Positions 11,394 to 22,003 of a DNA stretch of 40,779 nt are shown one piece after another. The stretch's first letter is position 1. Each line of letters begins with the position of its first letter. The notes under the pieces are model-generated. The model searched no databases. It was not told the DNA's origin and worked only from the letters and a program-made list of their open reading frames with translations. The stretch is from the NCBI GenBank assembly GCA_002269645.1, contig NIVC01004604.1, positions 1 through 40,779 of the forward strand, in the 5' to 3' direction. This stretch comes from Macrostomum lignano. Taxonomy: Eukaryota. The translations under genes and the position numbers were made by a program.

Positions 11394-14300
11394 CTGCGGG
11401 TTTTCCATCCGAATTTACGAGTACTTTATTTTCAAGTTACCGTCTGCCACGGAACAAAACACAATTCGGCTTGTCCATAAACACGCCTTCAAATCGATGG
11501 ACAATATAGCAACAATGTACATTCTTTAGCGACGTTTTATCGTAAAATAAGATTAAAACCTTTATCATTGCAGCCCAGAAATTTTTGTCTAAGCCTAGAA
11601 ATGCAACAAAACAATGTTCAATACGCGTATAGTGCGGTCCGGGCACACTGATTTCTTTCTGTGATATAAATCACTCGGAAAAACTCTACACATATTAAGC
11701 AAGAACGTTTTTAACATCCTTGTTGAGTCATTGTTGTTGTCTGTTTCAAGCCAGTTCAGGACTTACTGTTTCCATCAGTCCTCAAGACTTACTGTTTCCA
11801 TCAGTCCTCAAGACTTACTGTTTCCATCAGGTCATAAAGACTTACTGTTTCCATCAGTCCTCAAGACTTACTGTTTCCATCAGTCCTCAAGACTTACTGT
11901 TTCCATCAGTCCTCAAGACTTACTGTTTCCATCAGGTCATAAAGACTTACTGTTTCCATCAGGTCACAAAGACTTACTGTTTCCATCAGGTCATAAAGAC
12001 TTACTGTTTCCATCAGTCCTCAAGACTTACTGTTTCCATCAGGTCATAAAGACTTACTGTTTCCATCAGGTCATAAAGACTTACTGTTTCCATCAGGTCA
12101 CAAAGACTTACTGTTTCCATCAGGTCATAAAGACTTACTGTTTCCATCAGGTCATAAAGACTTACTGTTTCCATCAGGTCATAAAGACTTACTGTTTCCA
12201 TCAGGTCACAAAGACTTACTGTTTCCATCAGGTCATAAAGACTTACTGTTTCCATCAGGTCACAAAGACTTACTGTTTCCATCAGGTCATAAATGTTATA
12301 TATCGCGAAGCCGAGAGGGTTATATCTTCTATAGCGCGCGGTCTGATGAAACTAAAGCTCAGAGGGCATGGCCGTCTCTCTAGGCCGTCACGTGTATTTA
12401 TACCATGGCTTCGCAAGCAGCCAGAGAAGAAGCCCACGAATAAGAAGTCAAGGCTAAGCAAGAGCAAGATTGCAGAGCTGCAATTGTTCTGGGGCGTTCC
12501 TGTAGAAATGCCTCCAAAGCCGAAAATTGACTTAAAAAGCGCTCCACACTTCGACCTCGAATCTCAGAAGGCCGTATTCCCACAATGGAAGCAGTTGTGG
12601 GAGGCTTTTGAGGAACTATCAGGCCTGAACGACATCGAGCAAGAGGCCGAGAAGAAGAAGTTCCAACTCTTCGCTTTGCGACACTGCCTGAGTCTGGAGA
12701 CCCTACGAGTGGTGGACAGCTTACCTCAGCTACTAGGAAAGGATAAAGACGACGCCAAGGAGATCATCAAGGCCCTGGAAGCATTCATCACCGGGCAGAA
12801 GAACGAGATATTCGAGAGGAGGGAATTCTGGCTACGAAATCAAGCAGAAGGTGAGAGCTTCAATGATTGGTACGTGTCCATCAAAGAAATCTCGTCCAGG
12901 TGCAACTTCGAGCGATGCTGTGACGGGTGCGCCGAATACCAGCTCAGAGACAGAATTGTCATGGGACTTCGCGACCCCAGCACTGTAGAGAAGTTGCTAG
13001 AGGAAGGCAGTGAGCTAACGCTGGAGAGAGCAAAGACCATTTGTGAGTCGATGGAGAGTTCGAGGAAAAACTGCGCCATAATGAAGGGCGAGACACCGAC
13101 CGTCTCCGCTGTGCGACACGCGTCAAGCTACCGGAAGGCCAAGCGGACTGGAGCAGCGGAGAATCGACAGGCAGGAAGACCTGTTCAACAGAGCCAGGCG
13201 AAACATCCTGGTCAAGCCTGCAAGTTCTGCGGACGAGAGCACGAGGTCGGCAAAGAGAAATGTCCGGCCTGGGGGAAGTCGTGCACAAAGTGCGGCAAGC
13301 TCAACCATTTCGCTAAGCAGTGCAGAAGTGGACAGTCAGCCAAGTACGGCGAGAGAGTCCACTCAATTTTCGCCGCAACTGGCGCACAAGGGACCTCAGC
13401 ATGCTGTGTGGAGGTAAAAATTCGCACCCCTGACGGAACAAAGACCATCGCCGCCTTACCGGACACAGGCGCTTTCATAGATGCCATCCCTGAGAGCTTG
13501 ATGCCTATAGTAGGAGCAGATATGAACAACCTACATCCGTCAGACATCAAACCCAAGGCAGTCGACGGCCGGCTATTAAAAGCCAAGGGCTCGATTCAGC
13601 TGCAAGCATCCATGGGTGAGACTGAGCTGCAGCGTACGTTTCACGTCCTCAGCGGAATATCCATCATGATTCTATCAAGAGAAGCGTGTCGTGATCTGGG
13701 TATCATTCCAAGAAACTTTCCAAAGCAAATCGTGGTAAGCATGAATCAGCACGATACCAACGCTAGCACAGAGGAGGACCTAAAAAAGAGTTTTCGGACG
13801 TGTTCACCGGAAAAGTTGGCAGAATGGCTGGTGAGATGTTCAGAATTAAACTATCAGCGGACGCAAAGCCGTTTGCCATTTCGACCCCGAGAAGAATTGC
13901 GGAACCGCTCAAGTTACAGCTCAAGAAGGAACTGGAGGATCTCGAGCGAGATGGGATCATAGCAAAGGTCACAGAGCCTACGGAATGGTGTGCGCCGATC
14001 ACCGTGCAGCCAAAGAAAGGCCAGAGCAAGATAAGAATGTGCGTCGACCTACGGTGCTTAAACAAATACGTCATCCGAGAGCGCTACGTCAGCCAAACGC
14101 CATTTGAAGTTGTGTCAAGTGTACACAAGGGCGCCAGGTTCTTCACAACCGTTGATGCCACGAAAGGATACCACCAAGTGCCACTGGATGACGCGTCACA
14201 AATACTGACAACTTTTATCACACCATTCGGACGGTACAAGTTCCTACGTGCCCCCTTTGGACTGTCGTCCATATCGGAGCATTACAATAGGCGTGTGGAT

Positions 14301-17300
14301 GAAGTGCTAGAGGGACTGAAGAGCACCTATCATATTGTGGACGACGTACTGCTGGCTCACGACGACTTTGACGAGCATCGCCGTGCTGTTCGTGAGTTTC
14401 TGCAGCGATGCAGGGACCGCGGCATCAGCCTGAATCCAGAGAAGTTTGTGTTTGCTCAGCCCAGTGTGACATTTGCCGGATTCCAGTTGGACTCGAAAGG
14501 ATACGCTATAGACCCTACCATAGTGAAGGCGATTCGAGACTTCCCGAAGCCATAAAATCTGACCGACCTCAGAGCGTTCTTCGGACTAGTGAATCAGATT
14601 GGGTTCTGTAGTGACAAGATAGCTTCCCTCGGTGAGCCGTTGAGAGAGTTGTTGAAACCGAGGAATGAGTTCATGTGGAGCTGCGAACACGAAAAAGCAT
14701 TTGACAGCATGCGGAAAGAACTAAGCAATGTTCCTACAATGGCCTACTATGACCACACGAGGCAGACAGCACTGCACACAGATGCGTCTCGACTGAAGGG
14801 GCTTGGATTCGTGCTCAAGCAAAAGCAAGACAATAGCGTTTGGAAAGTGGTTCAAGCAGGCTCGCGGTTCATTTCGGAGACAGAGAGGCGATACGCCATG
14901 ATTGAACTGGAGCTGTTGGCAGTCGTATGGGCGGCAAAGAAATGTCGTCTGTTCCTCGAAGGACTGCAGAATTTTGAGATAATCATCGACCACAAGCCGT
15001 TGGAGCCGATTTTAAATAGATACACCTTGGATCAGATTGAGAATCCGAGGCTACAGAGGTTGCGACAGAAACTGGATTGCTTCCAGTACACGGCTCGATG
15101 GGTGAAAGGCAGTGACCACAAGGCCGCCGATGCCTTGTCAAGAGCCCCGGTAGAGCCGGCAACCAAAGACGAAGAACTTGCGGAGGAGCACGAGAGCAAC
15201 ATCATCATGGCTATTGATGAGATTCAAGCTTCTGAAGCAGAGTTGACGCGAATTGCCAGAAGAGACCAGAAGTACCAGGAGCTGAAGCGATTGGTTCAGC
15301 AAGGATTCCCTAACGAGAAGGGAAACGTACCGGTCCATCTAAGACAATTTTGGAACATCCGCGACAAACTAGCAGTCGAGCATGACTTGATCGTAGTAGG
15401 AAGGCGATTGCTCATTCCCAAGGAGATGCGAGCAGAAGTCCTGAATAGGATGCTCAAGATGCATCAGGGAGTCGTTAAGATGAAAGAGAGAGCCAGAATG
15501 ACTTTCTACTGGCCGGGAATCGACAACGATATAGAAATGTCAGCCAGGAAGTGTATCCCGTGCCAAGAGACTTTGCCTAGTCAAGTAAAGGAGCCGATGA
15601 TTGTGAGAAAGGAACCGGAACGCGTCTTTCAAGAAGTCCATGCCGACTTGTTTCAATTCGCTGGGAAGATGTTCCTGGTGACTGTGGACGGAAAGTCTGG
15701 TTGGCCAACACTAGACTACTTCGGAACTGATGCCTCAACGTACAAGGTGATCAACGTGCTGCGAAGACGTTTCTGTGAGAAGGGCGCGCCGGAGGTGTTA
15801 TGGTCAGACAATGGACCGCAATTCACAGCCAAGCCATTTCTGGGATTCCTGCGTCGTTGGAATGTGGAGCAGAGGACATCATCCCCAACGTACGCTCAGA
15901 GCAATGGGCGAGCGGAGGCAGCCGTCAAGGCAATGAAAAAGCTGGTGCGTGGAAATTGGAATCACGGAGCCAGAGAGCCGAACTGGGACGATCTCTGCCA
16001 GGGGATACTGATGTATTGCAACGCTCCGCGATACGACGGCAGATCACCAGCACAGATGGTGTTCGGTCACGAGGTTCGCGATACCCCGCCAATTCACCGG
16101 AGAGCGTTCGCCAAGGAATGGCAAGCAGCAGCAGATGAGGTGGACAACAGGGCAGCGGAGAAGAGGGAGAGGATGGAGGTGTACTACAACAGAGCAGCTC
16201 ACCAACTCCCAGCCTTGCGAGTGCGAGACAGAGTTGCAGTGCAGGACGCCCAGACCAAGCGATGGGACAAGTACGGCGTGGTGGTCGAGCTAATGAAAAA
16301 CAACGACTTTCTAGTCAAGCTGACCAGCGGCCGGGTTCTTCGGAGAAACCGAAAGTTCCTACGGAGAAGGTTTCCAGCACATGCGGCGGAAGCTCGCTAC
16401 CAGCCCAATACTGGCCCTGCGGACTCGCAAGGTACGAATGGAGCCAGAGGGCCGGAAGGACGATCAAGACCGTGGCATACGAGAAACCGTCGGCCACCCA
16501 ACAGGCTTCAGATTGACCCCCGCAAAAGTTCGTACGACTGACTGACAAGAAGTCACATTGTAACTGAAGGGGGAGGTGTTGTGTATGAGTGTGCATATGC
16601 ATGTGTGTGACACTGAAGCTTGGGCTATACTCGTATGAATATTACTGTTTATGGTATAAATACACGTGACGGCCTAGAGAGACGGCCATGCCCTCTGAGC
16701 TTTAGTTTCATCAGACCGCGCGCTATAGAAGATATAACCCTCTCGGCTTCGCGATATATAACAATAAAGACTTACTGTTTCCATCAGGTCATAAAGACTT
16801 ACTATTTCTATCAGATGACACCGCTCGGTAGCGAATGCGGAACCCGCGCATCAGCACCGAGCCGTCAGTGCTGAAGATGATGCTCATGCGGGTGCCGGAG
16901 CTGTTCCGGGACGTCGAGAACACCGGCAGGACGCTGCAGTTCGGGTAGTAGTCCGACAGCTCGGCCATGAGCACCGAGTTCGCATCGAGCAGCTGCACCT
17001 TGTCGAGCTGGGTCTCCAATTCTAGGAATTCGAACCAGACCTCAATGAAAAAGGATTCCGGCACCGTCAGGATCCAGGAGCAGGTCATGTTGATCGAGTA
17101 GTACCGTCCGGATTCGAATCCCGGATGGCTCACGAGCGATCTGGGCGGGTCGAACGGACTCACAGCCACCTGCTGGCTGCTGTTGCAGACTGGAAGCATC
17201 GATGGCGGGAAGGGTCATGTGCGGTCATGGCATGCTGTTGCAGACTGGAAGCATTGATGACGGGAAGGGTCATGTGCGGTCATGGCATGCTGTTGCAGAC

Positions 17301-18457
17301 TGGGAGCATTGATGACGGGAAGGGTCATGTGCGGTCATGGCTTACTCGATCAGGTAATGCTATTTCTAATCGGTGAGAACTTTTTAAAGAGCTCAGTACC
17401 TCCCCCGCTGTAGCCGCGATCCAGTACGGCATGGTAGCGAATGCGAAATCCTCGTCTCACAATTGACCCGTCGGTGGTGAACCTCACTGTCAGGACGTTC
17501 TTGGCGGCGCCGTTCGGCGGGGTGAAGTCCGAGAGGCTGCTGGAGGCCAGCAGGGGAGCCGAGGCTGTGTTAGAGTCAGAAAAGTAAGCTTTGTCGCAAC
17601 ACGTCTCCAAATCCATGAATTCGATCCAGGCTTTGATGCGGCATTGTTTGGGGGCTACGAGAGTCCAGTTGCAGTTCATGTTGTTGGTGTATTTTGTGCC
17701 ACTATCGACTCCCGCCTGGCTGATTAGAGATCCCGGTGCTGTGGGGCTCACGGGCAGCTGCTGGTTGCCGCTGCAGACTGAAAGTGAAGTTTGTTTTACA
17801 GCAGAGAGTTAAAGCAGAAGTTGAGGATCCCCTCTACATTATCTAATTGCATGCAAATTGTGTTGCTCTACATGAAAGTTCTGGGGTGTTTCATATACGA
17901 CTTGTAGTTCCAGAAGCTTCGAAGCTTCGTTGTTTTGTAAAGCGTCGATGTTTGCGAGCCCCAACAATTTTTGTGGCTGACAAGTTGAAGAGTCGCCTTC
18001 TTTTGCTTGAAGATTGATCATGCAACCAACTTGGGCAAAAGCTTCAGGCAATGCGACTCACCAGTTTCGTTGACTCTGACGTCCTGAGTAGCTCGGTACC
18101 AGATGCGAAATCCCTTCTTCACTATACTGCCGTCTGTGGTGAACCTCACAGTCATTATGTTCTGCGGACCGTTCAGCGACGGACTGAACCTCGGCAAGAC
18201 GCTGCAGTTCGTGCAGCTGTCGGACACCATGGCCAATTTAGTCATGATGACGTCCAGGAAGTGGACAAAATCACAGCAGGACTCGATTTCGGAGAACTCG
18301 AACCAGACCTCGATTCGGTAGGACTCCGGGGCGGTGAGATTCCAGCTGCAGTTGATGCTGTTGGCGTAGTTGGTACCGGAGGTGAAACCCGTGTGGCTGA
18401 TGAGAGATTTCGGCGAGTCAGAGGGACTCACCGTCAGCTGCTGGTTGCCGCTGCAGA
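11197..18457 (-). CDS. Multi-CUB plus C-terminal PAN/apple-like domain protein (probably extracellular); 5' exons not found
   Basis: Exons 18457-18062 (CUB A), 17777-17400 (CUB B), 17189-16803 (CUB C) and 11393-11197 (PAN-like) all have AG/GT boundaries. All joins are phase 1, so they splice in frame. Upstream exons 22444-22364 and 22003-21617 are phase-compatible and may belong to the same transcript. Confidence 0.72.
11760..12293. repeat. 26/27-bp tandem array (AAGACTTACTGTTTCCATCAGGTCAT/CAC-A); resumes at 16764-16802 after the retroelement
   Basis: About 20 units, split by the 12294-16763 insertion. The reverse complement of each unit contains a GTAAGT donor. Confidence 0.95.
12294..12406 (+). 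repeat. Left 113-bp terminal inverted repeat of the gypsy element
   Basis: Base-by-base reverse complement of 16651-16763; I found no mismatch. Confidence 0.95.
12508..13962 (+). CDS. gag: Gag (two Cys/His knuckles) plus aspartic protease
   Basis: Likely start MPPKPKIDL at 12508. Contains QLRDRIVMGL, CKFCGREH...C / CTKCGKLNHFAKQC knuckles and protease ALPDTGA. The natural reading continues into the pol frame at ~13782-13788. Confidence 0.88.
   Translation: MPPKPKIDLKSAPHFDLESQKAVFPQWKQLWEAFEELSGLNDIEQEAEKKKFQLFALRHCLSLETLRVVDSLPQLLGKDKDDAKEIIKALEAFITGQKNEIFERREFWLRNQAEGESFNDWYVSIKEISSRCNFERCCDGCAEYQLRDRIVMGLRDPSTVEKLLEEGSELTLERAKTICESMESSRKNCAIMKGETPTVSAVRHASSYRKAKRTGAAENRQAGRPVQQSQAKHPGQACKFCGREHEVGKEKCPAWGKSCTKCGKLNHFAKQCRSGQSAKYGERVHSIFAATGAQGTSACCVEVKIRTPDGTKTIAALPDTGAFIDAIPESLMPIVGADMNNLHPSDIKPKAVDGRLLKAKGSIQLQASMGETELQRTFHVLSGISIMILSREACRDLGIIPRNFPKQIVVSMNQHDTNASTEEDLKKSFRTCSPEKLAEWLVRCSELNYQRTQSRLPFRPREELRNRSSYSSRRNWRISSEMGS
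13782..16541 (+). pseudogene. pol: Pol (RT, RNase H, DDE integrase) with in-frame TAA at 14553-14555
   Basis: RT: RMCVDLRCLNK, DATKGYHQV, PFGL, IVDD. RNase H: TDAS, ELELLAV, DHKPL. Integrase: HQG...CIPC, ADLF, SDNGPQF, SNGRAE. The sequence FPKP*NLTDLRAFFGLVN shows a nonsense codon inside a conserved motif. Confidence 0.88.
16566..16576 (+). other. Polypurine tract (GAAGGGGGAGG), plus-strand primer site
   Basis: Lies just after the pol stop and immediately before TGTTG at 16577, the canonical PPT/LTR junction. Confidence 0.8.
16651..16763 (-). repeat. Right 113-bp terminal inverted repeat of the gypsy element
   Basis: Reverse complement of 12294-12406. Contains TATAAATA at 16655-16662. Confidence 0.95.
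16803..17189 (-). CDS. CUB domain exon C
   Basis: VCNSSQQ...SHPGFESGRYYSINMTCSWILTVPESFFIEVWFEFLELE...FSTDGSVLMRGFRIRY. Acceptor TTCCAG, donor GTAAGT, 387 nt. Confidence 0.85.
17181..17340. repeat. 55-bp tandem array (3 units) overlapping the exon C acceptor
   Basis: Unit TGTTGCAGACTGGAAGCATTGATGRCGGGAAGGGTCATGTGCGGTCATGGCATGC. Confidence 0.9.
17400..17777 (-). CDS. CUB domain exon B
   Basis: VCSGNQQL...YTNNMNCNWTLVAP...DLETCCDK...VRFTTDGSIVRRGFRIRY. AG/GT boundaries, 378 nt. Confidence 0.85.
18062..18457 (-). CDS. CUB domain exon A
   Basis: VCSGNQQL...YANSINCSWNLTAP...EIESCCDFV...VRFTTDGSIVKKGFRIWY. Donor GTGAGT, 396 nt. Confidence 0.85.
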
Positions 18458-20947
18458 CTGAAAGTGCCAGCGATGCATTTGAGAGCACGATTGGAGCACT
18501 GGCTCATAATAAACACTTAAAGCTCGCTTAATGGGAGCTGAGTTTAGACCATGCCATTGAAAACTGTGTTCTCGCAAAACTTTTTGTCCAAGATTGCAAA
18601 TCTTTGTACCAAGAAGCAAACAGCTAAACAGAGCAAATTTATTTGATAGACTACATTATCATGAGTTATCATGAGAACGACTGGTAAGGAAGCAAGAGTT
18701 TCTCTCTGTGTGTTTGGCACTGTGCTGACACTTCTGCGTCATCACGTGCGATGCAGCTTTGAACGTCTTGGTTTGACCTTCTACTGACCTTCTACTTGGC
18801 TCTCGGTTCAACGATGCTACAGTGGCAGCAAAGGCAGGCTGTTTAAATTCAAGTATGGTAAAAGCACCCCCATGCGCTAGTTTACGCGATGACCTGCTTT
18901 GCAATCCGGACAAAACGTCCGGCGAGAACACAGTTTTCCATGCTATGATCTAATTTTAACTCCTACTAAGAAGCATTTTTGATGAACATTCGCTTGCAAA
19001 AAGGTATACTGATCTAGTAACACTGAGAGCAAAAGGACATGTCGGTAGCGAGGTTTGAATTTGTTAAGAATCAAGACATGTTAATGTATGAGGGGTTCAC
19101 ACATAACTTTTGAATGAAATGACCAAAATACACGCGACTGAGTTCATTCGAAATAAGAGATGTGAAGCTTTAAAATGCCACCAAAGTTGTGCTTGCAGCT
19201 GCTACTGTTTTTGCTCTGGGATTAAAAGTGTCAGAACTTTCCGGACACCCCTCGTAGATAGTGCTTTTTTACAACTATCTTGTCTTATAGCTCTCCCTAG
19301 ATCCAGATCAACAGGCCAATTAAAATAAAACAAAGCTGCTGGATGGAACACAGCCCCCAACCGAATTCCAATCTTTATACCCAAGGACAATTTATAAACT
19401 AGGGGCAGGGGCGAGCGTCACGTCTCATGCTTGATCGCATCTTTTGTGAACGAACGTACTGGTCATTTTTCTTTGTTAATTACTGTTTAACAGTATAAAT
19501 ACCGTGGGGATTCGGGATAAACCCGGGTCTGCAACCGCTGTCGAGGCTGATCTTGCGGCAGTGCATCAAGCTATCGCTGTTTTCAGGACAGCGCATACGT
19601 GACGATCGCTGCACCCAGAGGAATGACTGCGCAGCTACCAAGGAATGAGGGAGGCTTTACACCATAGAACAGTGATACCCCTTGATTGCGCTGGTGGAGA
19701 CTTATGGCTTTTATGTTAGTCTTAATTCATTTACCAGTCCAAGTGAGGATACGTTAGCAAATTCTCACATTTCTGGGTCAAGAAGTCTCGCTTTAAAGTC
19801 GCGCATGAATTTCACGAGCATTCAGACCTCAAACTCCAAGTACACTGTTTGCTGGAGACCTAAAGAGCAATCTCTTACCATTGTCTTGCGCACTGGACTT
19901 CACGCAGGCCGTCGCAAGAATTGCCAACATCAGCAACAGCGCCTTGAAGTTCTCTAGCATGCTGCTACGCATTCTGCCTCCAGAAATAGCGCCAGCTTGT
20001 GTTTGGGAATTGCTTGAGCTGCAGGATGACGGGATGGATATTTATAAAATCAAACACAGCCCACGGCAGCTGCGGGTCCATTAAAATTCATGTATCAGGG
20101 GCTGAAAAAATGAGAGGCCAAAAAACCTCTCTTTGACCGGCTGCAAGCCCAAGCCTGGCACTGCTAAGCCATATGTGACAGCTCACCGCCATCAAATTCA
20201 GCTATTCAAGGTTTTTCAGTATCTATTATTGCTCCTTCGCTTAGCTGCCGGGCGATGCGATGACCCAGCTGGGAGGCAAACGGCGCCCATTTCGCTAATC
20301 CCCGACTCTGTAGTGCCCCAAGTCCGCTGGGACACCTGCGGATTTAAATTGTTCCCATGCATTGAGGATCATTAATACAACCATAGCATGCGTTGCAATA
20401 AGAGGAAAATATGTTAGGCAGAAGGGAGGGAGAGAAGGAGAGGGAAGGAGAGAGATGGAGACAGGTAGGCGTAGAAGTCAGGACACAGGTAGGAATGGCT
20501 ACTACATGGTCAGATCCAGAGCTGTCGGTTTTTTTCAGCGAGACATCGCAAATGGTTGAAAAAGATTTCTCACTGGATAATATTCCAATACGACTGCCCC
20601 ATGCCAATGCCACCGTGGGCAGTTAAATTTATCATTTTTGTTTTTTGCACCAGTTTTACCTCGCTCTGCCCTTCCCTGTCCATGCGGTAGGAACCATTCC
20701 AACCGTCGGGTATGTCTAAGCCATTCTGGTCCTTCATCCATTGCAACATTAAACAAGAAAATAGGAAAAAGGAGAGCCAGCAGTGCCGCAAAGAGAATCC
20801 GGAACGCCGGCGTTAGCCAGTGTCAGGTAGTCAAGGCAACGCCGATAGGGTGCCTGTAGCCCTCGAATTAAGGAAGCCTGTGAAAACCGATGTCGGCCGG
20901 CACCATGTCCCGACTCTCCTGGAAGTCCTTCAGCGCTCTATTATTAT

Positions 20948-21616
20948 CATCAGGTCATAAAGACTTACTGTTTCCATCAGGTCATAAAGACTTACTGTTT
21001 CTATCAGGTCACAAAGACTTACTGTTTCCATCAGGTCATAAAGACTTACTGTTTCCATCAGGTCACAAAGACTTACTGTTTCCATCAGGTCACAAAGACT
21101 TACTGTTTCCATCAGGTCATAAAGACTTACTGTTTCCATCAGGTCACAAAGACTTACTGTTTCCATCAGGTCATAAAGACTTACTGTTTCCATCAGGTCA
21201 CAAAGACTTACTGTTTCCATCAGGTCATAAAGACTTACTGTTTCCATCAGGTCACAAAGACTTACTGTTTCCATCAGGTCATAAAGACTTACTGTTTCCA
21301 TCAGGTCACAAAGACTTACTGTTTCCATCAGGTCATAAAGACTTACTGTTTCCATCAGGTCACAAAGACTTACTGTTTCCATCAGGTCATAAAGACTTAC
21401 TGTTTCCATCAGGTCACAAAGACTTACTGTTTCCATCAGGTCATAAAGACTTACTGTTTCCATCAGGTCACAAAGACTTACTGTTTCCATCAGGTCATAA
21501 AGACTTACTGTTTCCATCAGGTCACAAAGACTTACTGTTTCCATCAGGTCATAAAGACTTACTGTTTCCATCAGGTCACAAAGACTTACTGTTTCCATCA
21601 GGTCATAAAGACTTAC
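20948..21616. repeat. Second copy of the 27-bp donor-containing array, uninterrupted
   Basis: About 25 units, mostly alternating CATA/CACA variants (54-bp higher-order dimer). Confidence 0.95.
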
Positions 21617-22003
21617 TATTTCTATCAGATGACACCGCTCGGTAGCGAATGCGGAACCCGCGCATCAGCACCGAGCCGTCAGTGCTGAAGATGATGCACA
21701 TGCGGGTGCCGGAGCTGTTCCGGGACGTCGAGAACACCGGCAGGACGCTGCAGTTCGGGTAGTAGTCCGACAGCTCGGCCATGAGCACCGAGTTCGCATC
21801 GAGCAGCTGCACCTTGTCGAGCTGGGTCTCCAATTCTAGGAATTCGAACCAGACCTCAATGAAAAAGGATTCCGGCACCGTCAGGATCCAGGAGCAGGTC
21901 ATGTTGATCGAGTAGTACCGTCCGGATTCGAATCCCGGATGGCTCACGAGCGATCTGGGCGGGTCGAACGGACTCACAGCCACCTGCTGGCTGCTGTTGC
22001 AGA
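21617..22003 (-). CDS. CUB exon C', near-identical duplicate of exon C
   Basis: Offset 4814 bp from exon C, with the same splice sites. One visible substitution (Ser to Cys in GTRMS/CIIF). It is unclear whether it is spliced in or is a pseudo-exon. Confidence 0.75.

Larger units (their letters stand above)
12294..16763 (+). mobile_element. Ty3/gypsy (Mag-clade-like) retroelement, 4470 bp, with inverted termini and 5-bp TSD ATAAA
   Basis: gag-PR-RT-RNaseH-IN order. Ends are TGTT...AACA. ATAAA occurs at 12289-12293 and 16764-16768, and the empty array unit reads GGTC-ATAAA-GACTT. A polypurine tract lies at 16566-16576. Confidence 0.93.

Noticed and set aside
9728-11529. Three long Cys/Ser/Ala/Leu ORFs (342-494 aa)
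   Set aside because: They are translations of the stop-free (CTCTG)n microsatellite and have no coding signature.
12343-12352. Hammerhead-like CTGATGA in the TIR
   Set aside because: It is followed directly by AAC. No stem II or GAAA core and no flanking helices could be built.
11731-12507. N-terminal extension of the 743-aa gag ORF
   Set aside because: It runs through the host array and the left TIR, outside or upstream of the plausible ATG at 12508.
16763-16768. AATAAA polyadenylation signal at the element end
   Set aside because: It is formed by the terminal A plus the ATAAA target duplication, so it is not part of the element.
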